A stretch of DNA of 64,000 bases from a virus. The notes under the pieces are model-generated. The model was not told the DNA's origin. It was given only the letters and a program-made list of their open reading frames with translations, and did no database searches. The translations under genes were made by a program, and so were the position numbers. Position 1 is the first letter of the stretch. Each line of letters opens with the position of its first letter. Below are positions 39,513-49,980 of this stretch, in pieces. The stretch is from the IMG/VR virus record IMGVR_UViG_3300020421_001669, positions 1-64,000 of that record. One strand, written 5' to 3'.

Positions 39513-42500
39513 ATGGCGATTGATTTAAATGTAACACCATATTATAATGACTTTTCAGCGGCTAAGAAATTTAATCGCGTGGTCTTTAAGCCTGGTGTTG
39601 CTGTACAAGCAAGGGAACTAACACAACTCCAAGATTACATGCTGAACACTTTTAAGGAGTTTGGTGATTTTGTATTTAAAGATGGTGCTACTGTAAGAGG
39701 TGGTTTTGGATATCCTGTTCTTATCCCATTTATAAAAATCAATGACCTAGATGCTGATTCTACAGCCATATCAAATGATACTCTTGCAAATTATGTTGGC
39801 GATACTATAGTAGGTGGTACAACAGGAATAGAAGCAGTAATTAAATCTGTAAGAACTGGTACTGATACAGAAGCGGTTGAAAAGAAAACTCTTTATTTAA
39901 ACTATACCAAAGGTAACGAAAAAAGTGCTGGAACTATTGCTTCTAATGTCAGATTTGATGCTGGTGAAACTTTAACAGTTACCAGTACTAATGTTGAGAG
40001 AAATGGTGATACATTTGTTGTAGATAACAATACAGATATAAACAGTTTTACAAAAAATTTCTATGGATATGCTATTGATTTTGTATTAGAAGAAGGTATA
40101 ATTTATGCACAGGGTAAATTTGTCTCTCATGATACTCAAATAATTAGACTTGATAACTATAATCCAAATGTTAATTATTTTGTTGGTGTCAAAGTTAACG
40201 AAACAATTGTTTCATCGGATGATGATACAAGTCTTTTAGACCCAGCTACAGGCGCTTACAATTTCAATGCGCCTGGCGCCGACAGAACAAAAGTAGACAC
40301 AGTAATTACTAAAGTACCTTTTGGTAAAAATCACGAACTCAATAAAACATATGAACTGGGTGAGTTTATATCAAATGGTGATAACATTTATGAAGTAACT
40401 ACTGCTGGTACGACTTCCTCTTCTGGTACTGGGCCAAATCATACGACAGGAAATGCTACAGATGGTAGTGTTGTATTTAAGTATTTTGAATTCCCCGAAG
40501 GATTCACTGCCCTGTATAAAATTAACAAAGGTCAAATTGAAAAAAGATATGACGGTGATTTAACCGAACTCGCGGAACTGGGTAAACAGTTGGCTGCTGA
40601 ACAAAGAGAAAGTGATGGTGATTATGTTGTAGAACCTTTCACCATTAAAATTAGAGAACATTTAAAAACCGTAAAGGGTGTTACATTTGACACATCTACA
40701 AATACAAATTACGGTCAAGGACAATTTGTAAATCACTTAGGAAAACTTTACGAAGTGGTTTTAGCTGGTACTTCCGATTCATCTACTCCGCCAACCCACT
40801 CCAGTGGTGATGTTTTAAGTGGTACTGTTAAGTTTGGTGCTAGAGGTGCTTCATACAGGTTTGATAACGATGGAACAAACTTTACAACAGATAGTGACCC
40901 TGGCGATGCTGATAGACTATCGGTGACCGTATCGCCTGGCGTAGCATATGTAAATGGTTTCCGCAGACAATTTTATAAAAATACTGCTCTTAAAGTCAGA
41001 AAAGGAACATCTACGGAAATAAAGGAAGCGAGAGATGTTACATTGGGATATGGTAACTTTTTCGATGTCAAAGAAGTTTGTGGTACATTCGATATAGAGA
41101 ATGGTGCTTTATGTAACATTGGTTATTATGGTACTATAGGTTCACAGACAGGTGCAGCCGCAGTTTCAGATGGAACTTTTGGTACTCATGCTTCTTTAGG
41201 AACAGTTATTGGTACATGTAGAGTTCGCGCTATGAAAAGAGCATCTGGAAATCCAGGCGCTGCTACTACTCAATACAGACTTTTTGTATACGATGTAAGA
41301 ATAAAAGATGGTAAACTATCTGACGCGAGAACAATTCAATTTCCAAACTCTACCGACAGTGGATTCGCTGATATTTTATTAGAAGACCTTAATGGAAATG
41401 GAACAAAAGATTCTGCTGTACTTAGTGGTACAATGTATAACAAGATGGTGTATCATACACCTTGGAACTTTACTAAAACACTTGCAGCTGCTGGTGGTGG
41501 TTCATATGATACTCAATATTATTATACTGAAGAATTCAATGTAAGTGTTGCCGCTAATGGTACATTTAGTATTAGTACTTCCTCGCTTGGGTCTGAAGTT
41601 ATATTCCCATATTCTGTCTCTGGACTTACACAAACCATATTAGATAATAGATTTTACATGGTTTGTAAAACGCCAGGCATCACAGATTTTGGTGATGGAA
41701 CTACCATATCTGGTTCCGAGGGTAGAGTTATCCGACTCACACCTAGTCAAGTAACTGCAGCTGCTAATGGACAAAGTATGTCGTTTGACATGGGAGCTCC
41801 TAGTGCTGGATACGATGCTTACATACAAATGGAAGTAAAAGTAGTAGACGCTGTACCAGTACCAAAATCTTATAATACTGGTAGATATGTGACCATCGAC
41901 ACCAATGATAACGCTGGAGGCAGTGACGGGCCTTGGAATCTTGGTATCACGGATGTTAAATCAATTGAAGCAATATACATTCAACCATCATCAACAAATG
42001 TATACTTGGATGATGCAGATGGCAAAACAAATTACAAAGACGATTTTATTTTAGATAATGGACAAAGAGATAATTTTTATGGTCACGCGAAACTCATTAA
42101 GAAACTTGGAAGTCCAGTAAGCACCACTGCAGCTTATATAACTGTTAAGTTAAGTCACTTTACCGCTAACTATGGTGGTTCCAACGGAACATATTTTGCA
42201 AAAGATTCCTATCCAGTAGACGATACTGGTGCCACTGGTATTTACACTTTTGAAATTCCAAATTATATATCAAACCAATCGGGACAGTTTATTTTAAGAG
42301 ATTCCATTGATTTTAGACCTATGGTTAAAAATACAGCTGTTTCTGCTACAACATTGGCGACAGCAACTAACAATCCATATAGAACAGAGGAATTTGATTT
42401 ACCTTCTAATGGTATTCAATTCCCAACTCCAAATACTAGTTTTACTACAGATGTAGAATATTACTTACCTAGAGTTGACAACATTATTATTGATAGGTCT

Positions 42501-45500
42501 GGGTCATTCCGAGTTATAGAAGGTATTTCAAAAATACCAGCTAAACCCCCAATTGAAGATGCAGACTCTATGCAAGTAGCAGAAGTTTTTGTTGCGCCTT
42601 TCCCATCGGTTGCGCCAAGTGTTGCAACTAAATTTGATGCCCCAGAATCACAGGTCAGACATCAATTGAAGGGACAGAACAGACGATATACAATGGAAGA
42701 TATTGGTCAAATTGAACAAAGAATTAATCGACTAGAATATTATCTTGCTTTATCTCTTTTAGAAATGCAAGCAAAAGACCAACAAATACTAGATGCAAAC
42801 GGAAATGACAGATTTAAAAACGGTATCTATGTAAATTCTTTTGATAGTGACTCACTAAGTGATTTGGATGACCCAAATTATTCTGCTTCCTATAATTCAT
42901 CTAAGAAAAGATTAGGCCCAGCTTTTAATGATTATCAAGCAGATTTAATATTAAACGAAACACATGGTACTTCTGGTTGGACAAGACAGGGTTCTGTCAT
43001 AACCAGACCATTTATCTTAGAGTCTGGTACTGAAAACCGATACGCTACTAAAGTAAGAAATTGCGTAGGTGAGTTACAATTTAATTACGAAGGAGAAATG
43101 GAAATTTTCCCTCGTTCAGATAACCAACCAAGTTCAACACAAGATGACCCAAATCCACAGTTTATTGGTATATCAAATGCACAAGCGACTCAGAATGCTG
43201 CCTCTGCGATTAATGCCTCAAGAAATGTAGTTGGATTTGAGACTTCATTTGAAAGAGGTCTTTATGACGCAGCTACTGACACAGTAGACCCAACTGGGTA
43301 CTTTGACCATAACACAAGAGAAGTTACAATTGAAACTGGTTCTGAAGCTGGAGCGTTTACTGGAGATGTTACGGGCACGGTTGGAACAAACACCCAATTT
43401 AATGAGGTTTTTGGCACATTGTTTGAACAAACTGGTGCTGGTGCTGTTAGTGGACAGATAACTGGAAATGTTTCGGGTTCTGTCTCATTGACTCCAACTA
43501 TGAAAGTTCAACATATTGTTGAAACATCTGTTCCAATTATACAAACTGCTTCATCTCAACTTCAACATACTCAAAAATTTAAAATAGACGATGTAGTTAG
43601 GGATGTTTCACTGTTACCTAATATGCGACAAAATAGAATCGCTGTTAGGGTTCGTAGAATGAAACCAAATACTAGATTGTATTTTTACTTTGATGACCAA
43701 CCACAGAGTAATAGATGTTGTCCTTGTGATGTCGAAAGATTTGATGCACATATTCCAGTATGGCAGGCTTCTGGTGCAAGAACAGGTCACTCATTCCTTC
43801 AGACTAGACTAATAAACACTCCATTGGGTGTGGCAGAAGACCCAGACTTAAATTACCTTTACACTGGTTCAGCTCCTGCTGATATGGGAGACCCAGTTGT
43901 TACTGACCAAAATGGTGACGCTGCTTTTGTTTATTTCTTGCCTGCTGGTAATGGTGCTGCTGAAGGTTCTGGATTTGATAACATTACTTTCCCTGTGGGT
44001 ACTCGTAGAATGAGAGTTACAGATGACCTAACAGATAGGTATAATTTTGTAACCACACAAGCTGAAACAGATTACTCTGCTTTCGCATTACATCAATATA
44101 GAAAAAGTGTAGATTTAACCGTTGAACATCATGTCATGAGTACATCTACTACAAAAGATTTTTCGGGTGCCACAAAAAATGTTACGGGCGAACATATTCT
44201 TGATGTTGGTATTCAGCCTGGCGAAATGGAAATATCCATTAATGACTTGAAAGCTGACCTAGATGTTACACAACCAAGTTTCATAGTTCATCCACCGAGA
44301 TTTGTCGGTGACCCAATTGGACAAACTTTTGGAATAGGAGATGCTCCAAATGGAGCCTTTGTTAAAAAAGTAAGAGTTTTCTTCAGAGACAGGCCAGGCC
44401 AAAGTGCTAATGTTGCAAATCCGGCTACTGATACTGGACAAGGTATCACTATGCAAATAAGAAAAGTTGTCAATGGATATCCAGGCCAAATGATAATGGC
44501 TTCAACTTTCAAGCAAGCTAGTGAAGTAAAAACTACAGAATCTTTATCAATTACTGGTGGCGTAGATTTAGGAACAAATTATAATTTTGCTGCCTCGCAA
44601 GCTACAGATTTTGAATTTGATGAACCAGTATATGTTGCACCAAACGAAGAGTATGCATTTGTTCTTCTACCAGAAAGAAATGACCCTAATTATAATATAT
44701 GGATTTCTAAGTTGGGTGAAAATAAACTTGGAACTACACAAAGAGTTACTGCTGAAGAAACAAATATTGCTGGAATGTTATTTACATCTTCAAACAGTAG
44801 GGCTTGGAGTGCTCATCAAACAGAAGATATAAAATTTAGTATATTCTATTGTCAGTTTACTCTCGGAGAAGGAACTGTAGAGTTTGTTAACGAAGACGCG
44901 GAATATATTACTGGTTCAGATTATACTGCTGGTAGACCACAAGAGGGACAAAATGTTCATGGGTTTGATGTAACTATTTCTGGTGGCGGTTCTGGATACA
45001 GTGTCAATGATGTTATTCAACTGAACCAAATCAATACTACCTCTAATAATAACACTATTGCTGGTAGTGGAGTAAAATTAAAAGTTACTAGTGTAAGTTC
45101 TGGTGCTGTAACTGGTGTAGAGGTTCTTGATACTGGAACAGGTTTCCAACCAATTAGAGGTTTGACCCCAGCATTGGTACATCCCGGCAGCGTAGGACAA
45201 TTAGCTGTTGTTCCTACTGGTGGTTCTGGTGCTAACTTTACATTAAAAATAAAACATGGTATAGTAGAACAAGTTGACCCTCGCACAGAAAAAATTGAAA
45301 TAACTTACGATAAGGTTGTTGCTGACCAAGCCATAACCGATAGTTCATTGTACTTTAAAGTCGGTGAAGTTATAGGAACTGGTGCTACTGAATTGGAGGG
45401 TGGTTTAAGAAAAACAGAATTTAAAGTTGCTAGTATTTCTAACAAAGTATTCAACAACTTTAGAACAAACACTACCATAAAAGATTTCCCACGGGCTAAA

Positions 45501-46616
45501 CTGACTTACAGTGCTGCTGTAACAAATTCTACTGGTGCAACTGCGCCTGGCGGAACTTATGTAGATGTCCAACCAGTAGATAGAAGATTTACTACAGAAG
45601 AGGCTGCTATATATTCTGCTTCCAATGAGTTCGCACTTACTGGTAGTGGTAGATATGGTAAGAAAACTTTTAGACAAAGATATACCATGTCAACGGATAC
45701 CGAAGACTTATCACCTATAATACCTCTTTATAGAAACGCGGTTATTACTAGGGCATTTGAAATTAATAATGATTCTACAGGTGAGGAAGCAAACGGTGGT
45801 GCTGCTAAATCTAAATTTATTTCCAGAAAGGTTAGACTTGATGATGGACAGGAAGCAGAAGATGTCAGACTTTCTGTTGCTTTGAAACAACCCGCTGGTT
45901 CTGAGTTCAAGGTATACTTTAAAGGTCAATCCCCAGAGGATGACGGTGATTTTTATGAAGATTTGCCTTGGACAGAAATGGAATTAGTAACTGGACAAAA
46001 TCAAGGTAATTCTGCATCGCGGAATCAGTTTATTGACTTTGACTTCCAGTTACCAAGTACTGTTCTTGACGGAAATGGTGTATTTAACTATACTACTAAG
46101 CGTGTAAACGCACTTACAATAGGAACTGCTGGTTCTGGTTATGCCAATACTAGTTCAGTGGACTTTATTGTAACTGGTGGTGGTACACCTACAAGACCTG
46201 CCGCTATTAAGGCAACTGCCTTAGCTGGTGGTGGTTTGGGAACTATTGAAATTGTAGACCCAGGCCGAGGATATAGTAGTGCTCCTACAATAACTGTGGC
46301 AAAAAACCACGCGGTAAGTACATTTATTGCAGGCGGAACATTTGTAGGTAACGGTTCAAACTTATATGAAGCTACTGTGGGTGGTACAACTGGTGCTGCT
46401 TCAGCTTCATCCGCACCAGTACATACAAGTGGTACTGCTACAGACGGTGATGTTACTTGGACTTATAGAGGAGTAAGACCTGTAGTAACTTGCACAGTTG
46501 CGGATACTACATTTGAGAGGTTTAAAACCTTCTCCACTAAATTAGTTATGCTTACATCCAATACTTCTTCTATACCAGAAGCTAAACAATTGAGGATTAT
46601 CGCCTTACAGGCGTAA
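39513..46616 (+). CDS. Large baseplate/tail structural protein (VrlC/DUF4815-like)
   Basis: LNVTPYYNDF, FKPGVAVQARELTQLQ, APGADR, RINRLEYY, DRFKNG, LRIIALQ. Confidence 0.85.
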   Translation: MAIDLNVTPYYNDFSAAKKFNRVVFKPGVAVQARELTQLQDYMLNTFKEFGDFVFKDGATVRGGFGYPVLIPFIKINDLDADSTAISNDTLANYVGDTIVGGTTGIEAVIKSVRTGTDTEAVEKKTLYLNYTKGNEKSAGTIASNVRFDAGETLTVTSTNVERNGDTFVVDNNTDINSFTKNFYGYAIDFVLEEGIIYAQGKFVSHDTQIIRLDNYNPNVNYFVGVKVNETIVSSDDDTSLLDPATGAYNFNAPGADRTKVDTVITKVPFGKNHELNKTYELGEFISNGDNIYEVTTAGTTSSSGTGPNHTTGNATDGSVVFKYFEFPEGFTALYKINKGQIEKRYDGDLTELAELGKQLAAEQRESDGDYVVEPFTIKIREHLKTVKGVTFDTSTNTNYGQGQFVNHLGKLYEVVLAGTSDSSTPPTHSSGDVLSGTVKFGARGASYRFDNDGTNFTTDSDPGDADRLSVTVSPGVAYVNGFRRQFYKNTALKVRKGTSTEIKEARDVTLGYGNFFDVKEVCGTFDIENGALCNIGYYGTIGSQTGAAAVSDGTFGTHASLGTVIGTCRVRAMKRASGNPGAATTQYRLFVYDVRIKDGKLSDARTIQFPNSTDSGFADILLEDLNGNGTKDSAVLSGTMYNKMVYHTPWNFTKTLAAAGGGSYDTQYYYTEEFNVSVAANGTFSISTSSLGSEVIFPYSVSGLTQTILDNRFYMVCKTPGITDFGDGTTISGSEGRVIRLTPSQVTAAANGQSMSFDMGAPSAGYDAYIQMEVKVVDAVPVPKSYNTGRYVTIDTNDNAGGSDGPWNLGITDVKSIEAIYIQPSSTNVYLDDADGKTNYKDDFILDNGQRDNFYGHAKLIKKLGSPVSTTAAYITVKLSHFTANYGGSNGTYFAKDSYPVDDTGATGIYTFEIPNYISNQSGQFILRDSIDFRPMVKNTAVSATTLATATNNPYRTEEFDLPSNGIQFPTPNTSFTTDVEYYLPRVDNIIIDRSGSFRVIEGISKIPAKPPIEDADSMQVAEVFVAPFPSVAPSVATKFDAPESQVRHQLKGQNRRYTMEDIGQIEQRINRLEYYLALSLLEMQAKDQQILDANGNDRFKNGIYVNSFDSDSLSDLDDPNYSASYNSSKKRLGPAFNDYQADLILNETHGTSGWTRQGSVITRPFILESGTENRYATKVRNCVGELQFNYEGEMEIFPRSDNQPSSTQDDPNPQFIGISNAQATQNAASAINASRNVVGFETSFERGLYDAATDTVDPTGYFDHNTREVTIETGSEAGAFTGDVTGTVGTNTQFNEVFGTLFEQTGAGAVSGQITGNVSGSVSLTPTMKVQHIVETSVPIIQTASSQLQHTQKFKIDDVVRDVSLLPNMRQNRIAVRVRRMKPNTRLYFYFDDQPQSNRCCPCDVERFDAHIPVWQASGARTGHSFLQTRLINTPLGVAEDPDLNYLYTGSAPADMGDPVVTDQNGDAAFVYFLPAGNGAAEGSGFDNITFPVGTRRMRVTDDLTDRYNFVTTQAETDYSAFALHQYRKSVDLTVEHHVMSTSTTKDFSGATKNVTGEHILDVGIQPGEMEISINDLKADLDVTQPSFIVHPPRFVGDPIGQTFGIGDAPNGAFVKKVRVFFRDRPGQSANVANPATDTGQGITMQIRKVVNGYPGQMIMASTFKQASEVKTTESLSITGGVDLGTNYNFAASQATDFEFDEPVYVAPNEEYAFVLLPERNDPNYNIWISKLGENKLGTTQRVTAEETNIAGMLFTSSNSRAWSAHQTEDIKFSIFYCQFTLGEGTVEFVNEDAEYITGSDYTAGRPQEGQNVHGFDVTISGGGSGYSVNDVIQLNQINTTSNNNTIAGSGVKLKVTSVSSGAVTGVEVLDTGTGFQPIRGLTPALVHPGSVGQLAVVPTGGSGANFTLKIKHGIVEQVDPRTEKIEITYDKVVADQAITDSSLYFKVGEVIGTGATELEGGLRKTEFKVASISNKVFNNFRTNTTIKDFPRAKLTYSAAVTNSTGATAPGGTYVDVQPVDRRFTTEEAAIYSASNEFALTGSGRYGKKTFRQRYTMSTDTEDLSPIIPLYRNAVITRAFEINNDSTGEEANGGAAKSKFISRKVRLDDGQEAEDVRLSVALKQPAGSEFKVYFKGQSPEDDGDFYEDLPWTEMELVTGQNQGNSASRNQFIDFDFQLPSTVLDGNGVFNYTTKRVNALTIGTAGSGYANTSSVDFIVTGGGTPTRPAAIKATALAGGGLGTIEIVDPGRGYSSAPTITVAKNHAVSTFIAGGTFVGNGSNLYEATVGGTTGAASASSAPVHTSGTATDGDVTWTYRGVRPVVTCTVADTTFERFKTFSTKLVMLTSNTSSIPEAKQLRIIALQA

Positions 46617-46626
46617 TAAATAGAGT

Positions 46627-46851
46627 ATGGAAAACAAGGTTTCAAGTTTAGAGTATAGAAGAGATGATGAATCTGGTGCATTATTAAATGTTGACCATAA
46701 TTCATTGGCTGCATACAAAAGGAGGAAACATCTTGCTAACCAAAAAACAGTTCAGATTAATGAAATGTCAAATGATATAAATAGTCTAAAGCAAGATTTC
46801 CAAGAAATCAAAAGCATTTTAATGCAACTTGTTAATAACATTGATAAATAA
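46627..46851 (+). CDS. Small coiled-coil hypothetical protein
   Basis: RDDESGALLN..LKQDFQEIKSIL, commonly follows VrlC-like genes. Confidence 0.75.
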   Translation: MENKVSSLEYRRDDESGALLNVDHNSLAAYKRRKHLANQKTVQINEMSNDINSLKQDFQEIKSILMQLVNNIDK

Positions 46852-46867
46852 AAGATAGGGAAGAGAC

Positions 46868-47713
46868 ATGTCAACTATAACACTAAGAGCATCTAAGGGT
46901 TCACCCCTCACTAATACTGAGGTGGATACTAACTTTAGTAACCTCAACAACGACAAGTATGAGTCGGGTAATAATGTGTCAGTTGGTACTCTTACTGCTA
47001 GTGGCAATGTTACTTTCGGCATCGCTGCCACTGTATCTGCTGCTGGAAGTACACAGGGTACTGCTACTGCATTAACCAAAACATACAACATTGTATCTAC
47101 TGCATCTGCGAACCAAGGTATTATTTTACCTTCTGCAGCTGCTGGTCTGGTAATCAACATATATAACATTAGTGGCAATACTATTAAAGTATATCCCGCT
47201 TCTACAGAAACCATCGATGGTGGTTCTGCAAACGCACCAGTTGAAGTAGTAACTGCAAACGGTGCTGAGTTAGTTGGTGTTAGTACTGGTGGTTGGAGAC
47301 AAGTTGGTTCTGGCGGTAGTAATTTAGCTTCAATAACAGTAAACGATTCCGCAGAACTATTGGGAGACTTGAAGTATGGAATTAATGCTTCACTTTCAAC
47401 TTCTGGTTCTGGACAAGGTGATGCAACTGCAATAACTGAAACAATCAATGTGGTTGGTACAGTTGGTGGTAGTTCAGAGGGTGTGGTTTTACCAACCGCA
47501 GCTGCTGGATTACATGTAGTTGTTGCTAATATCACTACGACTGATTGCAAATTGTATCCCGCTACATCGGATACTATTGAAAGTGGTTCCGCAAACGCAG
47601 CTGTAACACTGCCCGCGAAAACTACATTTACTTTAACATGTCAAGACGCGACCAATTGGGTGAAACATAGAGGACTTGCAGTCTACAATTCATCTGGTTC
47701 GTTGCTAAACTAA
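46868..47713 (+). CDS. Tail fibre-like protein with internal duplication
   Basis: LRASKGSPLTNTEVDTNF N-terminus; two ~100 aa repeats. Confidence 0.7.
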   Translation: MSTITLRASKGSPLTNTEVDTNFSNLNNDKYESGNNVSVGTLTASGNVTFGIAATVSAAGSTQGTATALTKTYNIVSTASANQGIILPSAAAGLVINIYNISGNTIKVYPASTETIDGGSANAPVEVVTANGAELVGVSTGGWRQVGSGGSNLASITVNDSAELLGDLKYGINASLSTSGSGQGDATAITETINVVGTVGGSSEGVVLPTAAAGLHVVVANITTTDCKLYPATSDTIESGSANAAVTLPAKTTFTLTCQDATNWVKHRGLAVYNSSGSLLN

Positions 47714-47724
47714 GGAGAAATTGA

Positions 47725-48699
47725 ATGGCAGGGCCAGTTACACTTAAAGCAGGGTCATATCCGGCGCCCGTTGGGGGATTACAAGGTCTCAGAGAATTAT
47801 CAGCCACTGAGATTAAAGACCAAGTAGCCGGCGTGCTTACTTTGAAATTTGCCGCTGACACGGATGGTTCTGGGACAGGAGAACTAAATGTTGTTACTGG
47901 TGGTTCTGCTGGTAGTGATGAAATCGGAACATTTACAAACAGAGAGAGAACTGAATCTGTAGGTGACCACCCTGCTGGTGGTGGAACTACGGATACTATC
48001 TACCGATTTAATCAACCAGTTGCTGCTGTAAGTGAGTCTGGACAAATTAATCCTATGCGATGGACAGGAACAGCTTTAGAACAATCAACAGATACAGAAT
48101 TAGACACTGAAGTATTAGATTTAGTTTTAACTGCAATGGCTGCTGAAGACGCAAATACAGTCGGACAATATAAAATTGGAACATCTTCACCTTCTGGTGG
48201 AACATGGACTTCAAGATATACTATTACAGAGACACAAGTTGACGGAACAGATGTAAACTACTACCTCTATCAAAAAACTGCACCAACTACAGATGCTGGA
48301 ACAGACCAAAATTTACTTTTAAAACTTGGTGACGAAGGTCAACCAAACGAAATGTCAACTGCAAACTTACAAACATTAGTGCCTGCAATGAGAAACAGAA
48401 TTGTTTCTAGTGGAGTAGGAACTTATCTACTTCAAACAGGTTCACCATCTGCTACTGGAACATGGGTACAGATGGGGTCAACGATGACTGACCAATTAAA
48501 AGACATCTCATCACAGAACTATGCTGGAGACTACACAGGGTCATACACTGGGTACTATGACCGATTCTTTGCTGGATTCTTAAATGGTGCATACGCTGGT
48601 TCATATTCTGGTACATATACTGGATATTATGCTGGTAACACTGTACAATCAACAAGTTCCACGCAAGAAACAAAACAGCTGTTTATTAGAACCGCTTAA
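47725..48699 (+). CDS. Putative virion/tail protein with C-terminal Y-x-G-x repeats
   Basis: Thr/Gly-rich; YAGDYTGSYTGYY...YAGSYSGTYTGYYAG. Confidence 0.6.
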   Translation: MAGPVTLKAGSYPAPVGGLQGLRELSATEIKDQVAGVLTLKFAADTDGSGTGELNVVTGGSAGSDEIGTFTNRERTESVGDHPAGGGTTDTIYRFNQPVAAVSESGQINPMRWTGTALEQSTDTELDTEVLDLVLTAMAAEDANTVGQYKIGTSSPSGGTWTSRYTITETQVDGTDVNYYLYQKTAPTTDAGTDQNLLLKLGDEGQPNEMSTANLQTLVPAMRNRIVSSGVGTYLLQTGSPSATGTWVQMGSTMTDQLKDISSQNYAGDYTGSYTGYYDRFFAGFLNGAYAGSYSGTYTGYYAGNTVQSTSSTQETKQLFIRTA

Positions 48700-48702
48700 G
48701 AC

Positions 48703-48742
48703 TTGACATATATAGTGGGGTAGGTGTATAATAAACCTACCC
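48703..48742 (+). promoter_or_regulatory. sigma70 promoter with its -10 inside an inverted repeat
   Basis: TTGACA(48703)-18 nt-TATAAT(48727); GGGTAGGT/ACCTACCC arms. Confidence 0.7.
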
Positions 48743-48763
48743 ATTTAATCATGAGGAAATATT

Positions 48764-49276
48764 ATGACCGAAGAAAAGGCGAAATATCGCAACCCCCGAT
48801 GGATAGATAAAGAAAACCGATCGCTATTCTGCGAGATTTTGGTTGGGCAAAATTATCGTCCAGCACAAATTAATGTTGGTAATATCAAAGAAGGTCTTGT
48901 TAACGAAGACTTTAATGCCGTCATGGAAATCTTCACCGAAGAAGACATCGATGCAAACACAGAAGCACATAAGAATGTTGTCATTGAACAGGAAGAGAAA
49001 GACGCAGAACAACGCGAGGTTCATAGAAATAGAGTAATGCAAGAAGCATTGTTCAATATGAAACTAGAAGCTTTTGAAATTCCTGCCATCAAAAACTCAG
49101 ATGATAAACGAATCAAAAAACTAATTCGTAAAGCAAAAACTCAATTAGAAGTACAGGCATGGGTAACTACATTACTTCAAATGGAAGCATTGTATCAAGT
49201 TCCCAACATGTTTAAGCCAGATGGTACACATCCAGAGTTTGCTCCAGATATACCAGAACCCCCAACGGAACCGTAA
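48764..49276 (+). CDS. Hypothetical protein, possibly a tail fibre assembly chaperone
   Basis: YRNPRWIDKENRSLFCEI N-terminus reminiscent of fibre assembly proteins; follows the fibre genes. Confidence 0.45.
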   Translation: MTEEKAKYRNPRWIDKENRSLFCEILVGQNYRPAQINVGNIKEGLVNEDFNAVMEIFTEEDIDANTEAHKNVVIEQEEKDAEQREVHRNRVMQEALFNMKLEAFEIPAIKNSDDKRIKKLIRKAKTQLEVQAWVTTLLQMEALYQVPNMFKPDGTHPEFAPDIPEPPTEP

Positions 49277-49980
49277 TGAACGGATATCTTTATGTCGCAT
49301 CTCGTGATGAAAGATATCTAAAAGCTGCTGTCCAATCTGCTGAATCATTATTAGATTTTCATCCCAATGCAAAGATAACACTCTTCACAGAAGAAAGGTG
49401 GGATGGAACATACGACAGAAAACTTTTTGATAATATCATTTATTGTGATGACCATGTGAGAGCAAAACTATGGGCGTTATCCAGAACTCCATATGATAAA
49501 ACAATGTATATAGATTGTGACACCTATATTCAACACGAAGATATAAAAAAGGTCTTTACTTTACTAGGAAAAGATGATATAATATTCACGCGGAATAGAC
49601 CCTACAATGCAAAAATAACTAAACTAAGCGATACTGAAGAGATGATATATCATTGTGGTATCTTTGCATATAAGAAGAAACCTATTGTGATGGATTTAAT
49701 GATGGATTGGTTTCAGCAATACTGTGACCAGATTAGACCAGAATATGACCCCTCACCATATCCAAGGGAAGTATGTAAGTGGGATACATTTAGTATGTGG
49801 TATCTCTTAGAGAAAAAATACAAGGATAAAATTAAAGTTGGAGACTTCCCATGGCCAGATGCTAGATGGAACTTCTGCATGGGACAACGACCAGAAGAGT
49901 TGGCGGGGATGCCGATTATTATAACACATTATACTTTGAATAGAGTATACAAAGAACAGGAATCATTTCAGTTAAGATGA
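49276..49980 (+). CDS. GT-A fold glycosyltransferase-like protein
   Basis: RAKLWAL, TPYDKTMYIDCD (DxD), WD, RWN, ITHY. Confidence 0.7.
   Translation: MNGYLYVASRDERYLKAAVQSAESLLDFHPNAKITLFTEERWDGTYDRKLFDNIIYCDDHVRAKLWALSRTPYDKTMYIDCDTYIQHEDIKKVFTLLGKDDIIFTRNRPYNAKITKLSDTEEMIYHCGIFAYKKKPIVMDLMMDWFQQYCDQIRPEYDPSPYPREVCKWDTFSMWYLLEKKYKDKIKVGDFPWPDARWNFCMGQRPEELAGMPIIITHYTLNRVYKEQESFQLR

Noticed and set aside
46819-47550. 243 aa minus-strand ORF
   Set aside because: Antisense shadow of the fibre gene
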